DNA from: Amoeboradix gromovi X-113
Lineage: Eukaryota > Fungi > Sanchytriomycota
Reading direction: 5' to 3'
Length of the DNA: 15,450 bases
Assembly (NCBI GenBank): GCA_018985225.1
Contig: JADGIF010000190.1
Location: 1-15,450 of the forward strand
Shown here piece by piece: positions 9,823-15,450 of the stretch. The notes under the pieces were generated by a model. That model did no database searches. It worked only from the letters and a program-made list of their open reading frames with translations, and had not been told where the DNA came from. The number at the start of each line of letters is the position of its first letter. Position 1 is the stretch's first letter. The position numbers were made by a program, and so were the translations under genes.

Positions 9823-11634
9823 TTATGCATGAAAAATTAACCTTTGACCTAAGTACCTAAAATATGTTTGGAATTTTAAGATGTCTTTTACAAAAATTTG
9901 ATTTTTCTTCTCTTGATCAACTTGTGGCCGTACAGAGCCTTTTCCCTCGATAACTTTTCCTCCATTTTTGCGAAATTCACCTTCTATAATTTCCCAACTC
10001 TTTCTCTTTCGTATTTCTTTCTTTGTGTTTAGGCGATAGCATAAAATTGTATTCCTCCATTCTTTCCCGGACACCATTTTGTACGCCTTATCGGTATTGA
10101 TACTTTTTTTCATTGCAAATGAAGCAACAATAGAATAGTAACCGCGGTTAGATTTCTGGATGCTCCATGACTTGGCATCATCAGAGTTTCTTTGAAAATA
10201 TATGGCAGATTCGTCAGAATGAAAATCCCCACCAATGCTCGATTCTATGTTCCAACTGCATTTAGAAATCCACGACAACCAAGTTTTTTTACCACTTCCA
10301 TTATACACGATTTCTTCATCTTTTTCCAATTTAAGTTGGGATTCAAAAGCAATAAGATTGTTATTATTTTCATCAACAAGAAAAGGTACTTCTTTTTTAC
10401 AACAGTTTTCATGGTTTCGATAATATAATCCATCAGTTTCTGAAGCGACAGAATTATCAATTTCATATTGAATGTCCGACTTCTCAATCCCCCAGGAATA
10501 TCCATTAAACACAACTATGAATGCATCAAGAATAGTCAGATTCTCCCAATCTGTATATTTATCTTTGACAAGTCTATAAAACGGCCCGTCATTTACAAGA
10601 GAGCGAAACGTTGCAGTGATATTTGAATCCACTAAACCATCAACAATAAATTCATATACATTTTCCACTGGTGTTAGAAAATTTGCACGACTATGAGATG
10701 CCTTCCAAACATCAAATTCTTGCTTTGATAGATTTATGTCTGTACACAAATCGTCGAAACTTGTGCAGATTGACCAATCGAATTTCAGATACTTCATTGC
10801 ATTAGTTGGTATAAATCTCTTTCTTAAGTCCCCTATACTAGAGTATAGTTTGACAAACTTGTTATTGCAAACCATGCATTGAGCCCTGTATCTGTCATTG
10901 ATTCTTTTGATTTCTGAATCTGTCAAAAAATGGTCACCAGATTTACAATACGCCGCATATCCTTTTGAAGCAGCTTCAATTTCAATCAACATTTCTGGAC
11001 TATTAAAACCAGACTTTATGGATTTCATATCCTCATCTTTTGGAATAAATGCAGAATACCATTTATTTAGCACATGGAAAACAAATACTTGAAAAGTAAT
11101 ATCATCATCAAAGCAAAGCCCTTTGATATTGAATAATTGTGTATTTAAGAATTCAGGATTCATTCCCAACTCATTCATTTGTTCTTCTATAACACTCCAG
11201 TCTTTTGCAAATTTCCATTGGTTTGACGTGTACTGAACTTTTAAAACTACACCATTTGGAATTGAATGCACCTTTTGAGACACTGGAAGCGTTAAGATAT
11301 TTAATTTTATAGATTCTTTATGGGAAAGAGAGTTGTACTTATGTACAATGCTTGACTGCAAATGGCTATCTAATTCACATGAAGATAACACACCTGCACT
11401 TCCGTTAATCAATCCTTTTACATTGCCAAGTAGTTTTTTGTTTGTCAACTCTTTATCATATTGCATAACAAATACAATAGAACGTGCAGCTTTAGTGGAT
11501 GATTTAATCAATTTCGCATTACTATCAATTTTCATTGTACTTGCAGCAACGCGTTGTATATTCCAAGACAAATCTTTATCACAATCCACATTTTCAGATT
11601 TAAAATGAATTGATGTGAAATAAAATTTATTCAT
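9823..11634 (-). CDS. Hypothetical protein, 603 aa
   Basis: Uninterrupted 1812-bp ATG-started ORF with a CxxC (CMVC), a G-rich NGSGKKT segment and a basic C-terminus. No family recognised. Confidence 0.8.
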   Translation of the reverse strand: MNKFYFTSIHFKSENVDCDKDLSWNIQRVAASTMKIDSNAKLIKSSTKAARSIVFVMQYDKELTNKKLLGNVKGLINGSAGVLSSCELDSHLQSSIVHKYNSLSHKESIKLNILTLPVSQKVHSIPNGVVLKVQYTSNQWKFAKDWSVIEEQMNELGMNPEFLNTQLFNIKGLCFDDDITFQVFVFHVLNKWYSAFIPKDEDMKSIKSGFNSPEMLIEIEAASKGYAAYCKSGDHFLTDSEIKRINDRYRAQCMVCNNKFVKLYSSIGDLRKRFIPTNAMKYLKFDWSICTSFDDLCTDINLSKQEFDVWKASHSRANFLTPVENVYEFIVDGLVDSNITATFRSLVNDGPFYRLVKDKYTDWENLTILDAFIVVFNGYSWGIEKSDIQYEIDNSVASETDGLYYRNHENCCKKEVPFLVDENNNNLIAFESQLKLEKDEEIVYNGSGKKTWLSWISKCSWNIESSIGGDFHSDESAIYFQRNSDDAKSWSIQKSNRGYYSIVASFAMKKSINTDKAYKMVSGKEWRNTILCYRLNTKKEIRKRKSWEIIEGEFRKNGGKVIEGKGSVRPQVDQEKKNQIFVKDILKFQTYFRYLGQRLIFHA

Positions 11635-11703
11635 TAGAAAACTCCTTTGTTAGAAAAATTGGCTAGAAAAACTTCAATTTGTAATTATCTGCTTTTTTAT
11701 CCA

Positions 11704-11726
11704 AGTCTAGTTTTTGCAGAGCATGT
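11704..11726 (+). repeat. Left TIR AGTCTAGTTTTTGCAGAGCATGT
   Basis: The reverse complement of 15044-15066 is AGTCTAGGTTTTACAGAGCATGT (2 mismatches). Lies 64 bp upstream of the ATG at 11790. Confidence 0.75.
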
Positions 11727-11789
11727 TTTATATCTTTTAAATCAATAGAAAATCACCATAAACTTTAATATCTTTCAATCAAAATAAAA

Positions 11790-13426
11790 ATGACTCTTCG
11801 AAACAGAGGAGTGATTTGGATGTTGACTCACCGCCTATTATCAAATCAAAACCCGTTTAATACACAGGAAAGCTATTTCGTATCTCCTACTATCGTGGAA
11901 AAGTTTCAAGATATGATGTCGTCTAGTAATCATTCAGAATCAGAGGAGGAGCAGACAGAAATTGTAGAAAATTGGATAAATGAATCTACTCAACTTGAAT
12001 GTTGTCAGAAGAGATGTTTACGAGGGAAATATAATGAAGTAACACAATTTAGAATCAATTATTTAACTTGGACAGATGAACAAAAAAAATCATGTACCAA
12101 AACAGTTGTCTACTGTTCTAGAAGAAAGAATCAAAGTAATCCAACTACTGGACGTGAAGTCCTTCAATATACCTTCTATCCTTTCTAAGAGTTATGTGTT
12201 GATGCCTTTACAAGATTATTTAATGTCCATCATAGGACAGTGAAGAGATGGCTTGTCAAGTACATTGAAGGAAGATATAGCTGATTGAGAAGGCGAACAA
12301 AGACCAGGTCAGTGCAGAAATAATGGTCAATTAGTAAGAGACACAAGTACATACAAAGTCATTCCATCTCACTATACAATTCAAGCAATTTACAACATGT
12401 ATCTTTCAGACAATCAACATACTATAAGCTACTCAACTTTTAAACGACTCTTTGACCTACAACCTATTAAAATCTAAACACCCAAATCTGATATCTGTGA
12501 TGAATGTGCACAACTCAAGTTGAAAATCACTCAATATGTAGATGAAATGACATTGACAGAATTAAATCAAGTACTCACAACTCATTTGAGAGAAGCAAGA
12601 TACACTAGAGAAGAGTATCATGTAGATTCAAGACAAGAGGAAGTTACACACCCTTCATTTGACTATGCTCAGAATTTATGGTTACCTCATCTCGCTAATC
12701 AACCTGCTTCCTTTTACTTCATGTCGCTGTTAAATATCTGTGTGTTTGGAATATTAGATGAGAAAAGTAATGTTCAAATGAATTACATTTATAATGAGGG
12801 TCAGGGTAAGGAGGGAAGTAATAATTTCATGTGAATGTTAATTCATTGTTACTATAAATTAAGACCTGAAAAACGAAGACAACTTGTTTTTCACTGCGAT
12901 AACTGTACAGGTCAGAATAAAAATAATTGTACTGTCAAGATGTTATGCTGGTTAGTTCTTCAAGGACATTCAGAGGATATTCAATTGAAGTTTATGGTAC
13001 GTGGACATACAAAATTTGGACCAGACTCACATTTTGGTGTGATAAAGAAAGCTTTTCAGTCAAGAGACTGTTATACACTTGATCATGTTTATAATTTGAT
13101 TAATAAATCCTCAGAGGAAACGAATCAATGTTTTATCTTTCCAAGTAGAAAGTTCTTTGGATCTTATGCTCAATGATGTAAAGAGCATTACAAGTTTTCA
13201 ATGTTTCTGGTTCAACAAGGAGTGGAAAGGAAAAGTCAAGGTAAGAAAGTCTGTGAATGATGAATTTGAGATGATTGACTTATTAAAGATGCCATTAGCC
13301 TCTTATACTTTTAGTCCTGAACAATTAGAAGCTCCTGGACTCAAGATGATTAAGCAGGACGGGTTGTATACAAAAGTACGCCCCTTTATTCCTGAAGAAT
13401 TTAAAGATGTTTTATGTCATAGACCT
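11790..13426 (+). pseudogene. Sola1-like / DUF7869-type DDD transposase with nonsense codons, a deletion and frameshifts
   Basis: Colinear with transposase 1: CCQKRC..YTFYPF*ELCVDAF / GEQRP..IPSHYTIQAIYNMY..IKI*TPKSDICDEC..SFDYAQN..GSNNFM*ML..HCDNCTGQNKNN..FMVRGHTKFGPDSHFG / ..RPFIPEEFKDVLCHRP. Stops at 12186, ~12476 and 12832. The HGN segment is missing near 12270 and there is a frameshift near 13155. Confidence 0.88.
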
Positions 13427-13597
13427 ACTGTTGTTCAGGTTGAAGTTGAACCTGAAATTAGAATGGAAGTAGCAGGAATTAGAGTGGAAAATGAAAATAA
13501 AAGTAATACTACTGTAGGTGTAGCAGTAAACTTAAATCCAAATGTGAACTTGAAAGCAAATCTTAAGAAACGTAGAATACCTAATGCGGATGAAGTT

Positions 13598-14660
13598 CGA
13601 AAGATAACAAATGCGTTGATTTTTCCAAACGATTTCCTCATTTGAGAAAGAAATCGCGTCTTCGATCGTTGTTGGTATTTAACTATTCGATATGGGCACA
13701 ACATGAGCCTTGGTTGAAAGACATTCCTACGGAAATTAGGGATGCAGCTTATATGGATTATGATAAAGCAGTAGGATCTAATTGGGCAAAGAAAGCAAAG
13801 AAAGCAAAGAATCCAAACTTTACCTTTCAACTCAAATTCAAGTCATTGAAAGCACCTTCTGCGTCGATACAATTGAGGACAAGAGACATTATAGGGAGTG
13901 GAAAGAAATGTAGACCTCCAAGACCCTTTCCAAGAAGATGGGGTAGAAATCCATGGAAAGTGAAGGAATCATTAGAATATGTTGATAATGCAACACGTAT
14001 AGTATATAAATCAGGTATTGCAAGATATTATACCACTATTTCAAGGGATGTTGCCTGTGAGAACCAAGCAGACGTACCTCCTAATATCGTGGCATTAGAC
14101 CCTGGTGTATATACATTTCAAGCTGCATATGGTATAGATGGCTCAGTTGCATTATATGGCTATGAAGCAAGAAAAAGCTCAATAAACTACACTCGAGGAT
14201 TGATGGTATCAACAAAGATACCGATGCTATTAAGAATCGTGGTAAGTATAAGTCCAAGCGCAAGTTGCAGAAAATTAAGAACAGGAAGAAAAAGAAAGCT
14301 TGGTTGAATAAGAGGATACAAGATATGACAACAACAATGCACTATGAGGTCATCAAATATTTACGTAAATTCCCTATTATATTACTACCAGAGTTTGGAA
14401 CACAAGATATGATGAAGAAGTTGCGTCCAAACCAGAAGCGAGAACTCCAATCCTTGCGCCATTACACATTCAAACAAAGACTAACACACAAATGAAAGTT
14501 GAGAGGTCAAAGTTTGTTTATTATCAACGAAGCTTATTCTACTATTACCTGTTTTAAATGCGATCATCAAAGCCCAGGGAATGTCAATGATAGACGGTTT
14601 AATTGTCAAAATTGTGGTCATCAAGACCATCGAGATATCAATCCAGGTACTTATATATAA
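13598..14660 (+). pseudogene. Fanzor2 (IS607-TnpB-like) RNA-guided nuclease, disrupted
   Basis: RKITNALIFPN / PWLKDIPTEIRDAA..FQLKFKS..IVALDPGVYTF (RuvC-I D) / frameshift ~14172 KLNKLHSRIDG..MHYEVIKYL..ILLPEFGTQDM..LRHYTFKQRLTHK*KLRG..INEAYSTITCFKC (RuvC-II E)..FNCQNC..HRDIN (RuvC-III D). The TGA at 14493 aligns with a Cys of the 2194 relic. TAA at 14658 lies in a TA run. Confidence 0.9.
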
Positions 14661-14795
14661 TGTAGGGAAAAATATGCTTAAATGGTATCTACCCAAGTTG
14701 TCTACACTTAGGAAATGTGGAATTTTGAATTCTTTGTGAATTTGGAATTACTCACATTTAACGTAGGCGGAAATCGCGTACATAAAATTCGATCC
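14661..14795 (+). ncRNA. Putative omegaRNA scaffold of the element-2 Fanzor
   Basis: Downstream of RuvC-III. Stems GAATT-ttg-AATTC (14720-14732) and TGTGA(14735-14739)/TCACA(14752-14756), then GGAAAT(14769)...TTCGATCC(14795). Same order as the tail at 2494-2550. Confidence 0.45.
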
Positions 14796-15043
14796 AAATT
14801 AAATAGTAAAGTATATAGTTTAATCATGGAAACTCTCGTCTTCTAGTGCAATTGAGAGAGGCAAAGAGTATTTCTTATATCGTTCAGTTCTTGGACATGA
14901 GTGCCAACTGGTTCCTCTAATTTGAAATCATTTAGCTCGTCCAATACTGCATTAACCTGACCTGCAAACCAAGAGTTCTTTGCGCTAGTTGCAATTATAT
15001 TTGCTCCCTCATAACAATCTTTTGTAATACTTCTACATCTGGT

Positions 15044-15066
15044 ACATGCTCTGTAAAACCTAGACT
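15044..15066 (-). repeat. Right TIR ACATGCTCTGTAAAACCTAGACT
   Basis: Inverted 21/23 match to 11704-11726. Its reverse complement continues ...TGTACCA, matching the TGTCCCA of the motif family. Confidence 0.7.
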
Positions 15067-15450
15067 AGGAGTTGCTTCATATTTTTTGACCAATCAAGTA
15101 TTGACTTTAGAAAATTTATTTATACCAATCAACTGAATGATTAAACTTTGAGTGAATAATGTTAAGTGGATTGGGTATAAAATGATAGGAATAGGACAAA
15201 AATTATACAGAGTATGTCCCATATAATTATTCATATTAATCTTAACACTATGATTGACAGAAACAATATTGGAAAACAAATTAAAAGGAATTAGCAAGAA
15301 ATCATCCTCAATTTAAGAAATTAGTAGACTCTACTGTTAACTGGGCTTGTATCTTTCAACAAAGGCTATTATCTAGAAACGCTGAATTCAATTTAAAATC
15401 CAATCCATGGCATTCGATAACAAAAACTTTAAGATAAAGTTTTAGTAAAT

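Larger units (their letters stand above)
11700..15070 (+). mobile_element. Decayed Sola1-like DNA transposon, copy 2, carrying a Fanzor2-type nuclease (apparent transposase-Fanzor fusion)
   Basis: TIRs 11704-11726 and 15044-15066 match at 21/23 (24/27 when extended to 11700 and 15070). They enclose the transposase, linker, Fanzor and putative omegaRNA. Confidence 0.75.

Noticed and set aside
9823-11634. Calling the 603-aa ORF a Rep/SF3 helicase from NGSGKKT
   Set aside because: Not a proper GxxxxGK[ST] motif, and I could not find a Walker B or HUH motif.
3792-11715. CTAG-containing motifs as Helitron 3' ends
   Set aside because: No GC-rich subterminal hairpin precedes them and there is no Rep/helicase gene. 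The motif forms an inverted pair around a DDD transposase instead.
12186-14495. Stop-codon reassignment or readthrough explaining in-frame TAA/TGA in element 2
   Set aside because: The stops align with different residues (Ser at 12832, Cys at 14493) and occur alongside frameshifts and deletions. The ceramidase and QDPR genes end normally at TAA with no internal stops. Ordinary decay explains it.

Overview
AT-rich, apparently intron-free eukaryotic DNA (standard code; a zoosporic fungus or protist is an inference). The left part has two intact housekeeping genes, alkaline ceramidase (270-1007) and dihydropteridine reductase QDPR (2782-3438). Between them is a short, internally deleted IS607/Fanzor2-type relic. 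The rest is an accessory, transposon-rich zone: a frameshifted coiled-coil + PD-(D/E)xK nuclease gene, three orphan ORFs and two decayed Sola1-like (DUF7869-type, DNCxGQNKN) DDD transposases. The main observation is the second element (~11700-15070). It is bounded by a 21/23-bp terminal inverted repeat. Its transposase C-terminus reads without a stop through a ~57-codon linker into what looks like the start of a Fanzor2/IS607-TnpB-type RNA-guided nuclease, followed by a putative omegaRNA scaffold. This suggests an ancestral transposase-Fanzor fusion. The same window holds a Fanzor-free relative and a separate Fanzor relic for comparison. A ~28-bp end-like motif (TAGTCTAGTTTTTA-N6-8-GTCCCA) recurs through the intergenic DNA. 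All family assignments come from motif recognition by eye, not database searches.
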